Shown: in pieces, positions 21,185 to 33,004 of the stretch | Layout: every line of letters begins with the position of its first letter | Position numbering within the stretch: position 1 is the first letter of the stretch | From: Welwitschia mirabilis | Taxonomy: Eukaryota | Assembly (NCBI GenBank): GCA_051453625.1 | Contig: JBOZIK010000001.1 | Coordinates: 33,806,264-33,839,267, forward strand | Direction: 5' to 3' | DNA length: 33,004 bases | Position numbers and translations under genes: made by a program | The notes under the pieces: model-generated | What the model was told of the DNA's origin: nothing | What the model saw: only the letters and a program-made list of their open reading frames with translations | Databases searched by the model: none

Positions 21185-23244
21185 CCATGCTAGTACTTCT
21201 CAAGTGGATCAGAACAAGTTGAGCTTAGTATTTATTCCATCTCTTTGATGTATTCATTATCATGGCTTATGAAAATCTATGAGAGAATACTATGTAATTA
21301 AATTAAATAGAGTAGTAAATAATCAAGTCATTTGTATACTAGATTTCAGTTATGCCTTATTTTATGTTTGGTGTTTGTAAAGTTGCTAAACATCCCAATT
21401 GAATAGACTTATTTTTTATAGCTTTTATTATCATTCTAATAATATTTGAGATTTCCTAGATGAGAATGTAGTAATTTATTATTTACATATTGAATTGTAT
21501 CCTATGATAATTTTTCAAAATTAAGAATAACCTTTAGAATCACGTTAAAGTATCAATCATGCTATCTGAAATCTATAAATAGTAGATGTGATAATACTTA
21601 TACAAGGAATGATTATTTACTATCTTTTTAAAATGATTTTTCATGTTAATGGTATGAATTGGATACTTTTATCAAACCTTGAGTTTAGCAAGTTGGCTAC
21701 TATTATGAGCCATTGCTATTCTTCTAAACTGATTTGATGGTCTCATTAAGGTAGTACACCATTAAGTTTGATAAGTAAAAGAATAAGATAATGCCATTAC
21801 ACATTGTTTACATGTATCTTATTCTAAGAGTATTATAGTAAGATAGTAATAGGTAAAAAGTTGATTCAGTCATATTAAAGATTTAGAAATTTTTAGTAAG
21901 AATTCTAATGTAGCATTTAATTATTTCATTGAAGGTGAGATTTCTGTAATAAAAGTGCATTTTCATGGTTGTATCTTAGGTAGTTGAGATTCAAACAAGA
22001 AATAAAATTAAAATTTATAGATTCATTTAAATTTATCATAAGTCTTTATTTTATTTTTTTTTAAAATAGCATGTTCATTAAGAATCTTAGAGATATAAGA
22101 CATAAGGTAATAGATCCAAGGTCCATTCCCAATCAATACATCCTTAAGTAGGATTAGAGCATATTGTGAAGTATTTTAAGGAAGGGACATAACTTAATAA
22201 TTATTGTCTAGAATTGTTTTGGACATAGAAGAACTAACTAGAGTAGAATACCTTAAACACTACAAACATAATCTATTACAATTTCAAGAGCATAACAGCT
22301 TCCTTTGTAATATGAAATAAAAGAAATTTAGATTAAACAATGAACTACTATCATCTACTAATCATAGAAGATAGATTAAGATTTAAAATGATTTTATTGC
22401 TTAGTCTAATAGCTAGAGCAATAACAAAATGAAATAGAATTATACATTGTCATAACATTTTGTAAAAAAGAGAGATATTAATGACAACAAACATGTATGA
22501 GAGAAATCAATCTAGATCAAATTTTATTCTTATAAAGATATAAAGTATTACTGTAAAAATTCATAGTACCTATTAATAAACGAATAAATGAATATAAATC
22601 TTGAAATTTTTAATGTAAATAGAAAAGTAAATAAAGGTTTGAGGAATTAGAATTAACAAAAATCAGCCATCCATTTTATGATATTGACATCATGCATATG
22701 TGTATTGCTCCAAAACCTTTCTTGGGAATTATCCATACCTCTTTTTTACTATACTAATTAATTTCTTAAATTAAATGTATAATTATGAAGACATATCCTA
22801 AGATACAATTATATATATTAAAATAGATAAAAATAGAATATCAGATTATAGTTTTTTGATGGTTGTAAAGTTTCAATAACCTAAAATATAATTAACACTT
22901 AATACTAGTATCTTTGTTCAACTAACATATACTTATTCTTTGACAAGTTTAGTATACTATTTAACTAACATCTACTTGTTATTCCATAGGTTCTTCTTTG
23001 AAAAATATAAAGATATTACATGATCAATTTTATGAATCCTTGAATGTAGCTTTAGAGACCAATAGTATGAGTTCCAATAATGGTTGCAAAAGATCTACAT
23101 AAGTACTTTTTCCTCTAACTATTCATGTGTTTAATAATTATAATATGAATTAGCAGGCATTCATTTTAGCATCTTGTGTATTATTTTTGTCTTAAATTCA
23201 AATTTTGAGAATTGACATATTTTATGAATAATTCATATAAAAAT

Positions 23245-25765
23245 CTTAAAACTTGGAGTCAAGTATAAGAAGCCTTTATTAAATGATTTATAACTGAAAA
23301 CACTATGAGAATAAAAAGGAAAGAATTAGTAACTTTTACAATAACCTATAAAGATTATGCAATAACTTATGAGTGATTTATCATAGCTAATCATTGTAAT
23401 CCTATTGATGAATTTTCTAAAGAAAAATTAATATATTAATTTTGTAGTGGATTATAGTCAAACAAACTAACTGTATACTTTTTTATGGTTATAATTTGAT
23501 AAAATTAGTTTTAAATAATCCATGAAAGTTATTGGAAGATCTAGTTAAGATAAGTTAAACTTGATCAAAACCAACTTATAAAAAAATTTAAATTGTAGGC
23601 CAAATCATAAAATATTTAAAAGAAATAAAACATGATAAGGAAAAAGAACAAAATAACTCAATTAATGAAATTATGGATTTTAGTTCTACTTTGGAGGAAT
23701 ACATTCAAATAATAGTTGATGCAAAGTAACAAATGAGAAGAACATAATTTCAACATGTGATTTATGTAAAGATAACTCTTATTAAATAAAAAAATATTTC
23801 TTCTTTCAAACATGTAAAGAAAAAATATTTGAAGTAGTATGTGTATTTAACTAAAGGCCTTCAAACATTAAAAATCAAATGAAATATTAACAAATAATGA
23901 GTGATCAATCAAATTGAAAACCTTTTGAGAGTAGATTCAAGAATTAAAAATTTCAATCAAATAACTCCAAATTTCAACCAATCTCCTGAAATTTTTAATA
24001 ACATTAGAGTGATCTAGTTTAAAACACAATAGAAGAGTTGAGAAAAGTGCAAGAAATGATCAACATAACAATTGAAAACCAAAGTAAAAATGTTGAGAAT
24101 TTAGTTAGTGTGCTTTATCAAATAATGTTGGCCAATCAAAGATCATAAGGGTCTCTTGCAACTCAACTTTTACCAAATCCCAATGAAGTGAAAAGGGATT
24201 TAAAAGCAATAACTAGAAATGGAATTGATACAACNNNNNNNNNNNNNNNNNNNNNNNNNNNNNNNNNNNNNNNNNNNNNNNNNNNNNNNNNNNNNNNNNN
24301 NNNNNNNNNNNNNNNNNNNNNNNNNNNNNNNNNNGTGCAAGAAATGATCAACATAACAATTGAAAACCAAAGTAAAAATATTTATAATTTAGTTAATGTG
24401 CTTTATCAAATAATGTTGGTCAATCAAAGATCATAAGGATCTCTTGCAACTCAACTTTTACCAAATCAAAATGAAGTGAAAAGGGATTTAAAAGCAATAA
24501 CTGGAAATGGAATAGATACAACACCAGTTATCCATGATACTTAAACTTCTAAAAATGATAAAGAGAATAAGGAAGAGGATGATATAGANNNNNNNNNNNN
24601 NNNNNNNNNNNNNNNNNNNNNNNNNNNNNNNNNNNNNNNNNNNNNNNNNNNNNNNNNNNNNNNNNNNNNNNNNNNNNNNNNNNNNNNNAAGCAATAACTA
24701 GAAATGGAATTGATACAACACCAGTTATCCATGATACTTAAACTTCTAAAAATGATGAAGACAATAAGAAAGAGGATGATATAGAAATATTAAAAACACA
24801 TAACTTTCCTCCAACTTTAGATAAGCATGCACACATAGGCAAAAAAAAAAAAAAAAAAAAAAAAAGGGAAAAGACTATCTAATACTCCTATTTTTTATTA
24901 AAACTTAAAAGCCTTAATACAANNNNNNNNNNNNNNNNNNNNNNNNNNNNNNNNNNNNNNNNNNNNNNNNNNNNNNNNNNNNNNNNNNNNNNNNNNNNNN
25001 NNNNNNNNNNNNNNNNNNNNNNATTGATACAACACCAGTTATCCATGATACTTAAACTTCTAAAAATGATAAAGATAATAAGGAAGAGGATGATATAGAA
25101 ATATTAGAAACACATAAATTTCCTTCAACTTTAGATAATCATGCACACGTCGGCAAAAAAAAATGGTGGGGTGGGGAGGTGGGGGGAGGAGGGGGGAAGA
25201 CTAGCTAACACTCCTATTTTTGATGAATATTTGAAAGCCTTAATGCAAGATGTTACTATCAACTTATCATTTTGGAAACTTTTGTAAGAAAATCCTAAGT
25301 ATGCTAACTTGTGGAAAGAACTAGTTAGAAGAAAATAAAAATGTACTATCCCTTGGAAGGTCTTAATTGCACAATCTATCTCTAACTTAGTAATGTAAAA
25401 ATCTATTAAATTTAAAAACCCTAGGATAGCTATGATGAGTGTTACTTTGAAAGGAAATAAAAAAAGCAGAAAATCCTTAATTAATATAGAAGCTAGTGTA
25501 AACATCATGTCTCTTCACGTATGCAAAAAAATTGGGTTGGAAAATAGAATTGAATCTATGCAAACCACCTTAGAATTAGCTAATACTTTAATAAGGAAAT
25601 GCATGTGGATCATTAAAAACTTAGTCATCCAAATAAAATAATCCTTTTGCCCTATAGATATGGTTATAATTAAAGTAGAATATAATAGGAGTTACCTACT
25701 ACTTTTAGAAAGAGCCTTTTATGTAACCATTCATTGCATTATAGACACATGAACTAGATTAATGG
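23245..25765 (+). pseudogene. Degenerate Ty3/Gypsy (Athila-like) gag and aspartic protease
   Basis: From 23245: LKTWSQV*EAFIK*FITENTMRIKRKELVTF...YE*F...KLIY*FCSGL (retrotransposon gag, compare ITTW...F...F...RNEITTF...WERF...FYNGL). Near 24140: GSLATQLLPNPNEVKRDLKAITRNG (compare GSLPS...NP...KAITLRSG). About 25290-25765: NPKYANLWKELV...KFKNPRIAMMSVTL...SLINIEASVNIMSLHVCKKIGL...TTLELAN...IIKNLVIQIK*SFCPIDMVII...LLLERAF (compare ALCDLGASINLM...LQLAD...FPVDFVIL...LILGRPF). The catalytic DLGA is decayed to NIEA. Confidence 0.85.
24047..25250. repeat. Staggered overlapping copies of one segment separated by three ~100-N gaps
   Basis: 24047-24234 matches 24334-24522; the GATACAACACCAGTTATCCATGATAC...GATGATATAGA block recurs near 24515, 24712 and 25026 with distinct variants. 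Confidence 0.9.
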
Positions 25766-27247
25766 NNNNNNNNNNNNNNNNNNNNNNNNNNNNNNNNNNN
25801 NNNNNNNNNNNNNNNNNNNNNNNNNNNNNNNNNNNNNNNNNNNNNNNNNNNNNNNNNNNNNNNNNNNNNNNNNNNNNNNNNNNNNNNNNNNNNNNNNNNN
25901 NNNNNNNNNNNNNNNNNNNNNNNNNNNNNNNNNNNNNNNNNNNNNNNNNNNNNNNNNNNNNNNNNNNNNNNNNNNNNNNNNNNNNNNNNNNNNNNNNNTT
26001 AAACATGTCAACTTAACTAAAAATATCTTTTAATAAAGGTCATCATCCATTATAGTCGTCTATACAGCAAGCTAGGATGATGTTCAAAAGTAATAATATT
26101 CAACACAACAATAATAAATACAAATCAAAAAAAGAAAGATATCCTTACAAATGATAAAGGTATAGAAAAAATTAAACAAAGTAATGATAAAGATAATAAT
26201 GAGTGAAGGCTAAATAATGAAAAATCCATAGAATTTCAACCAAACTTTATGAAAAATAGACCTATATTTTTTTAATGTAACAATCTAATTNNNNNNNNNN
26301 NNNNNNNNNNNNNNNNNNNNNNNTCTTAAAAATATTAAAATAAACATCCTTTCCTCTTCTACCAAGTCCATTTTAGTTTATGCCTTCAATGATAACTCTT
26401 TTCAAATGTATGACTTGGGATATTTTGGATTTCTAAATTTTGGAAAACCTTATCTTCTTAGTAATCCATACTTAGAGTTGAAACTTAAGAAGCTTCTTGA
26501 GTATATTAAATCTATTCTAATCAATCATCCTAAAACTCTAGTTATAAATTTTTTGATTTCTAATAAGACCATTAATTATTTTTATTTTCATTATTAATAT
26601 TTAGATAAAATATATATTTGAAATTATTTATGCCATGAATTTGATAAGAGGTTGTTTTTTCCTAAATTTTATGAACCCTTTATTTGTCATGTTGTAAATG
26701 AATTTTGTGGGTCAAAATGTTACCTCATCATATTATTCTTTTGGATAATGCATGTGTATCCTTTATGATTTATCAATTAGATTTCACATGATTAGTTTCT
26801 TATCTTTTAGAGAAAGTACATTCTAATGGCTCAGTTGAGATTTCTGATGTGAATACTAAGGAAATTTAAAAACTTAATAGATAAAGATTAAAATTATAAA
26901 ACACCTACTAATATAACCTTGAACATGATAGAAGCACTTTTTAGTGGTTTCTCTTAATGAGGAGGTCTTCCCTTATACCATTTTTTGAATTCTTCCTTAG
27001 CTGATTTATTTTGTGGACATCATGCTATTATTTAAACATCTTCAACTTGACTTATATTTCACTTTATGAAGCTATTATGGCAATTAATTTATTACTTAGA
27101 CATTTCAAAGTGATAAGTTTAGAATCACCCAATCTTAAGACATTTGCACATTTATGAACTACATTTTAAAGGAAGATGCCTTGGTTTTTATGTTCTTTCT
27201 CAATGATGTGAGGCTTTAGTTATTTGGAGGTGTTCTTCCTTGTTTTT

Positions 27248-28144
27248 TATCTCTTTTCTTTACCTTTATCTTTGAGAGTATGTGGTCATGTGGGATTTTT
27301 TATTTTTCAAAAAAGAAAAAGAAGAAGAAGAAGAAGCAAAGAATAATAATGATCATGCTCTATTGTTTCTATGATAAATACATGATCACCATGATGTCCT
27401 ATCATACAAGAGTAAATTTTCCTAAAATTAACCTACAGCACTGTTGGTAGCTTTGGGAACTCCACTAGGGTGTTAGTTGATCACACTTTGTGGGTTCTTA
27501 CTCATTTGACTATGATTCCACTTTCCTCATTATGGATTAATAATAAATACTTTGAGACTATGGGATTAGTGGTGTTCCAAGTATTATGAGAGGTATTACT
27601 TATTTCTTAGACTTCTAATACATCTAATACTCCCATATGATCATTTTNNNNNNNNNNNNNNNNNNNNNNNNNNNNNNNNNNNNNNNNNNNNNNNNNNNNN
27701 NNNNNNNNNNNNNNNNNNNNNNNNNNNNNNNNNNNNNNNNNNNNNNNTATCTCTTTTCTTTGCCTTTATCTTTGAGAGTATGTGGTCATGTGGGATTTGT
27801 TATTTTTCAAAAAAGAAAGAGAAGAAGAAGAAGCAAAGAATAATAATAACCATGCTCTATTCTTTCTATTCTAAATACATGATCACCATGATGTCCTATC
27901 ATACTAGAGTAAATTTACCTAAAATTGACCTATAGCACTGTTGATAGCTTTGGGAACTCCACTAGGGTGTTATTTGGTCGCACTTTATGGGTTCTTACTC
28001 ATTTTACTATGGTTCCAATCTCCTCATTATGGATTAATAATAAATACTTTAAGACTATGGGATTAGTGGTGTTCCAAGTATTATGAGAGGTATTACTTGT
28101 TTCTTAGACTTCTAATACATCTAGTACTCCCATATGATCATTTT
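27248..28144. repeat. About 400-bp direct duplication around a 100-N gap (27248-27647 and 27748-28144)
   Basis: Colinear copies with a (GAA)n length difference, abutting the gap at 27648-27747. Confidence 0.95.
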
Positions 28145-29599
28145 ACTTTTAAGGTTTCAAGTGTATCTTGGGATGTGAGAATGTAAGTCCATTTTTTTTA
28201 AGCTTCTAATCTTATCATTAATTGATTAAAAACATTAGACATACTTGACATTATCATAATTACTACCTATTCTAGTGGTACTTTATAGAGTTTCTTTTAT
28301 GTTATGTCATGCATCATTAATCAAGTGATTTTATGATTTCTACTAAGGTGATTTGCTAAGTTAGAATTTAAGATAAGTACACTATCTTCTCTATGTTCCT
28401 AGTTGTTTATTTCAATTTCAATTTATCATATTTTAATAGTGTAATTGACAATGTTTTGTAGGGAACATGAACTTAATTTAGTCATTTATAGGAACTTTAT
28501 TATGAAGTAATTCAATAGCTTAATTGTAATATTAATTACTATATTTTTATTCATAAAAGTAGGAATTCAACAAAGGAAAAATGAGGATAAATTTTGGAAG
28601 AAAAACTTAAAGAATTGGATGTTGTCCCTCTTTTCATCTTCATGATATAGGCCACAATGACACTGCAACAAAGCTATGAAGCTACTGATTAGATGATGCT
28701 GAGGTGATGTTGACTTGGTAATCTAATGTGGTTGTCATGTACTATGTTGTCCATGCAACATAGAAGATAACATACACATTCTAGTTTGAATTCAAATAAT
28801 AATAATCTTCTAACATGGCAGCCTATGATTGGATGATGAAGGGGTGTCATGCTATATGTTGTTTCAATGATAATAGTAACACAAAAATATTATAAATTCT
28901 TCCTAACTAAGTTAATTAAGATCTGGTTTATGCCTAATTATGCCTTTTCACTTGTACTAATCTTCTAGATACATAATCACCTTAGGAAAACTAACCATTA
29001 TTTGGCCTCATTTAGTCATCTTTTGGCATTTGAGAATTGGTGACAAAGGCATCAAAGGAGTCAAAGGTCCATTTTAGCATTAGGAGGGATCATTCTTGGT
29101 GATTAGGCTATGTTTCTATCATTAAAAAGTTGCTGACATGCTGAGGTATTTGTAAGAGATTGAATTTATTAAAATATCTTCTTTTTTTAAATTATCTTAT
29201 TTCTCTTATGGGTTGTGTTATGTTTGATTAATGCTATTATTTATATTAATTTTGATTTAATATAGGTAATAAGAGCTTAATTTGAGTGACAATAACTCAA
29301 AAATTGGTTATCGTAGGCTTGCATTCTTCATTTCTCATTCATTTTGCATGTCATTATTAGAATAGTTGCTTTTTTTTCTTTTTGCATAAAAAAATACAAT
29401 ATTCATTAAAGAGATTGTACTTAAATTTAAATTTTTATTCTTTTCTATTTATGTTCTTGATTAGTATGTTTTTTTATGTTCTCTATATTACAAAATTCAT
29501 TAGTTAAATCATCCTATACTAAACCTAATTGCAATTACATTATTTCTAAAATTGACTAATTTTAAAGTGCAATTTAAGCCTTCAACATCTTAGTGTCAT

Positions 29600-30335
29600 T
29601 ACCGGAGAATGTTAAAATAAGCTATTAAGTGCAATCAATCAAGAGTAAGTAGACTAAGTTCATTCTATCATTTAATTTATTTACTTTTGATTTACATCTA
29701 ATACCTATTTCTGCAATCTACTTGCTTTGAAGAGATTACCTAAAGAGATCTACTTACCTTTTGATCAAAGGCAAGATTTTCTTTAAGATCTACCCCTATC
29801 TATTGTGGTGTGTATTTGTGCAAGTTTTTACATTCAAAGAGATCCTATTATTTATAACCAAAATGGATATCTTTCATAATACATCACACTAGTATAGTGG
29901 GAGTAGACTTAAAATGTNNNNNNNNNNNNNNNNNNNNNNNNNNNNNNNNNNNNNNNNNNNNNNNNNNNNNNNNNNNNNNNNNNNNNNNNNNNNNNNNNNN
30001 NNNNNNNNNNNNNNNNNTACCAGAGAATGTTAAAATAAGCTATCAAGTGAAATAAATCAAGAGTAAGTAGATTAAGTTCATTCTATCATTGAATTTATTT
30101 ACTTTTAGTTTACATCTAATACCTATTTCTGCAATCTACTTGCTTTGAAGAGATTACCTAAAGGGATCTACTTACCTTTTGATCAAAGGCAAGATTTTCT
30201 TTAAGGTCTACCCCTATCTATTATGGTGTGTAATTGTGCAAGTTTTTACATTCAAGAGATCCCATTATTTATAACCAAAATAGATATCTTTTATAATACA
30301 TCACACTAGTATAGTGGAAGTAGACTTAAAATGTC
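29600..30335. repeat. About 318-bp direct duplication around a 100-N gap (29600-29917 and 30018-30335)
   Basis: Colinear near-identical copies abutting the gap at 29918-30017. Confidence 0.95.
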
Positions 30336-30796
30336 ATATTCACATTAAAGTTTATGAGTNNNNNNNNNNNNNNNNNNNNNNNNNNNNNNNNNNNNNNNNN
30401 NNNNNNNNNNNNNNNNNNNNNNNNNNNNNNNNNNNNNNNNNNNNNNNNNNNNNNNNNNNNNNNNNNNNNNNNNNNNNNNNNNNNNNNNNNNNNNNNNNNN
30501 NNNNNNNNNNNNNNNNNNNNNNNNNNNNNNNNNNNNNNNNNNNNNNNNNNNNNNNNNNNNNNNNNNNNNNNNNNNNNNNNNNNNNNNNNNNNNNNNNNNN
30601 NNNNNNNNNNNNNNNNNNNNNNNNNNNNNNNNNNNNNNNNNNNNNNNNNNNNNNNNNNNNNNNNNNNNNNNNNNNNNNNNNNNNNNNNNNNNNNNNNNNN
30701 NNNNNNNNNNNNNNNNNNNNNNNNNNNNNNNNNNNNNNNNNNNNNNNNNNNNNNNNNNNNNNNNNNNNNNNNNNNNNNNNNNNNNNNNNNNNNNNT

Positions 30797-33004
30797 TTGC
30801 AAAAGAATACTAGGAACAAAAAATAAATAATAGATACAAAAGAATAAGTTATAATGCACAATGCAAGATGCAACTATTCTAAATGAAAATGCAAAATGAA
30901 CTATCTCTACTTTCTTTCAACCTTAACAAAGGATGTCCTTGATAATCTATATCACCCAAGAAATTGTCACCAAATCAAGGGAAACATATACTATAAGGAT
31001 AATCAGAAGATATACAATGCAAATATAAAAACAAAATAAAGTTTATATTAAAAAAAAGTAATAAGCATCTTGATTACAAAACATTAGATCTCAATAGAGN
31101 NNNNNNNNNNNNNNNNNNNNNNNNNNNNNNNNNNNNNNNNNNNNNNNNNNNNNNNNNNNNNNNNNNNNNNNNNNNNNNNNNNNNNNNNNNNNNNNNNNNA
31201 TATAAAAACAAAATAAAGTTTATATTAAAAAAAGTAATAAGCATCTTGATTACAAAATAGTTAGATCTCAATAGAGGATACACAGCCCTCCACTAAGTGC
31301 ATATCTTTCTATAACACTTAAGATAAATCTCCCACCCTTCAAACTCTTACCAGGAGGATTTCCAATCTAACAAAGATAAGAAGGAGAGTTGAAGTTGGGT
31401 TTATTTATAATAACTCATAGTGGAAAACGACAAATGGTAGGTGCAAAAAGGCATACTAATTTACAACTTAAAAATGAATGAAACAGTTACAGGTTGTTGA
31501 CAGAGTCAGTTACATATCAGTATCATCTAGGATGTCATCCAAATAATAGAAGGGATAACAGCATATTACAAATGNNNNNNNNNNNNNNNNNNNNNNNNCC
31601 TTCTTGAAAGCTCTGTGTATCAGAAAGTCCTTTTAATACATCAAATTTGGATAAGAATCGCACTTTTCTGATATTTTCTCTTATATCTTCAAAATCCTTA
31701 GAATTGCACTTAAATCTATATAAAAGTCCTATAAAACAACTCATAAAACCCCATCAAATAACCACAAATTAGCAATACAACATAGCCCCCTACTTAGCCT
31801 TTGTCAGTCTATGAAAAAATGATGCGAAAAAACCATAATTATGACCAATTTATTTTTTCAAAAGATAAATCTCAAAGTTATAAAACAGGCTTATAAAACA
31901 CATCACATAGATAAATGATAAGTAATGCATAGTATGTATGAAAATTTGAAAACNNNNNNNNNNNNNNNNNNNNNNNNNNNNNNNNNNNNNNNNNNNNNNN
32001 NNNNNNNNNNNNNNNNNNNNNNNNNNNNNNNNNNNNNNNNNNNNNNNNNNNNNNNNNNNNNNNNNNNNNNNNNNNNNNNNNNNNNNNNNNNNNNNNNNNN
32101 NNNNNNNNNNNNNNNNNNNNNNNNNNNNNNNNNNNNNNNNNNNNNNNNNNNNNNNNNNNNNNNNNNNNNNNNNNNNNNNNNNNNNNNNNNNNNNNNNNNN
32201 NNNNNNNNNNNNNNNNNNNNNNNNNNNNNNNNNNNNNNNNNNNNNNNNNNNNNNNNNNNNNNNNNNNNNNNNNNNNNNNNNNNNNNNNNNNNNNNNNNNN
32301 NNNNNNNNNNNNNNNNNNNNNNNNNNNNNNNNNNNNNNNNNNNNNNNNNNNNNNNNNNNNNNNNNNNNNNNNNNNNNNNNNNNNNNNNNNNNNNNNNNNN
32401 NNNNNNNNNNNNNNNNNNNNNNNNNNNNNNNNNNNNNNNNNNNNNNNNNNNNNNNNNNNNNNNNNNNNNNNNNNNNNNNNNNNNNNNNNNNNNNNNNNNN
32501 NNNNNNNNNNNNNNNNNNNNNNNNNNNNNNNNNNNNNNNNNNNNNNNNNNNNAACAAATCTCAAGAAATGAAATGATCATGTGAAAAGACTAAGAGTTTG
32601 GAAAATAAGCAATGCCTCTAATGCCATCAAAAATATCACTTATTGCATAGCCCTAAAGTTTATAGGATGAATTTATTATCCATGATGAGGGAAGTACAAC
32701 CACAGTCAGACAAGTAAGGACCATGAAGCATGGCCAACTGACTTCCCAGTAAAGTTTCCATAGCTACCATATTACAATACCAAAGGCTTCTCTTAGAAAT
32801 ATTTTCCTCAGTTTACTTCTAACAGGACATCATGATGACTATGTTTTTGAGATAGCACTATTAGAAAACACCATGGTCTTTATTATACTCTTTAAAAAAA
32901 AAAAAAACAAAATAGCATTTCACATGACCAAGAACTCCAAAATAAAAAAGTTAAAAATCGTAAGATTAAGAAAGAAAAGAACATTTCAAACAATCTAAGA
33001 TATT
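30797..33004 (-). mobile_element. Athila-like Gypsy element on the minus strand: non-coding pre-PPT region, PPT (about 31783-31803) and 3' LTR starting at 31782
   Basis: Minus strand reads ACAAAGGCTAAGTAGGGGGCTA-TGTTG, matching the Athila-type AAAGGCTAAGT.TGGGG...TG PPT/LTR junction. The far end of the LTR was not located. Confidence 0.5.

Noticed and set aside
24047..25130. Repeats separated by similar-length spacers, superficially array-like
   Set aside because: The spacers are N gaps and the repeats are overlapping contig ends in a eukaryotic TE; not a CRISPR array.
28350..29917. Athila-like LTR texture on the plus strand downstream of the gag-protease remnant
   Set aside because: No clear PPT, termini or partner LTR could be located.
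1551..32584. Long X-filled ORFs in the track
   Set aside because: Artefacts of translating through N gaps.

Overview
AT-rich, gap-ridden eukaryotic scaffold, very probably a land plant. Most of it is decayed LTR retrotransposon sequence: the 3' end of a Copia/Sirevirus element (1-3061, +); a minus-strand Copia-like remnant with a PPT-short LTR-PBS junction (about 3073-5750); a small non-coding TRIM-like element with three LTR copies and a near-perfect 5-bp TSD (11659-13589); a ruined Athila-type Gypsy gag-protease (about 23245-25765, +); and an Athila-type PPT/3' LTR on the minus strand near the right end. The only intact gene I can support is an intronless, CpG-rich, divergent CDK-like Ser/Thr kinase (ATG 7518 to stop 6472, minus strand, 348 aa). 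Its catalytic motifs are intact, but it has a non-canonical cyclin-binding helix (MFMLERE), a shortened CDK insert and a tail containing PPPGF. Many ~100-N gaps are flanked by slightly diverged direct duplicates, most likely alternative haplotypes scaffolded in tandem. Large stretches (about 7750-11650, 13600-15900, 18400-23000, 26000-30350) look like old TE debris that I cannot classify by eye. I see no rRNA, tRNA or CRISPR features. All family assignments come from remembered consensus motifs, not from searches.
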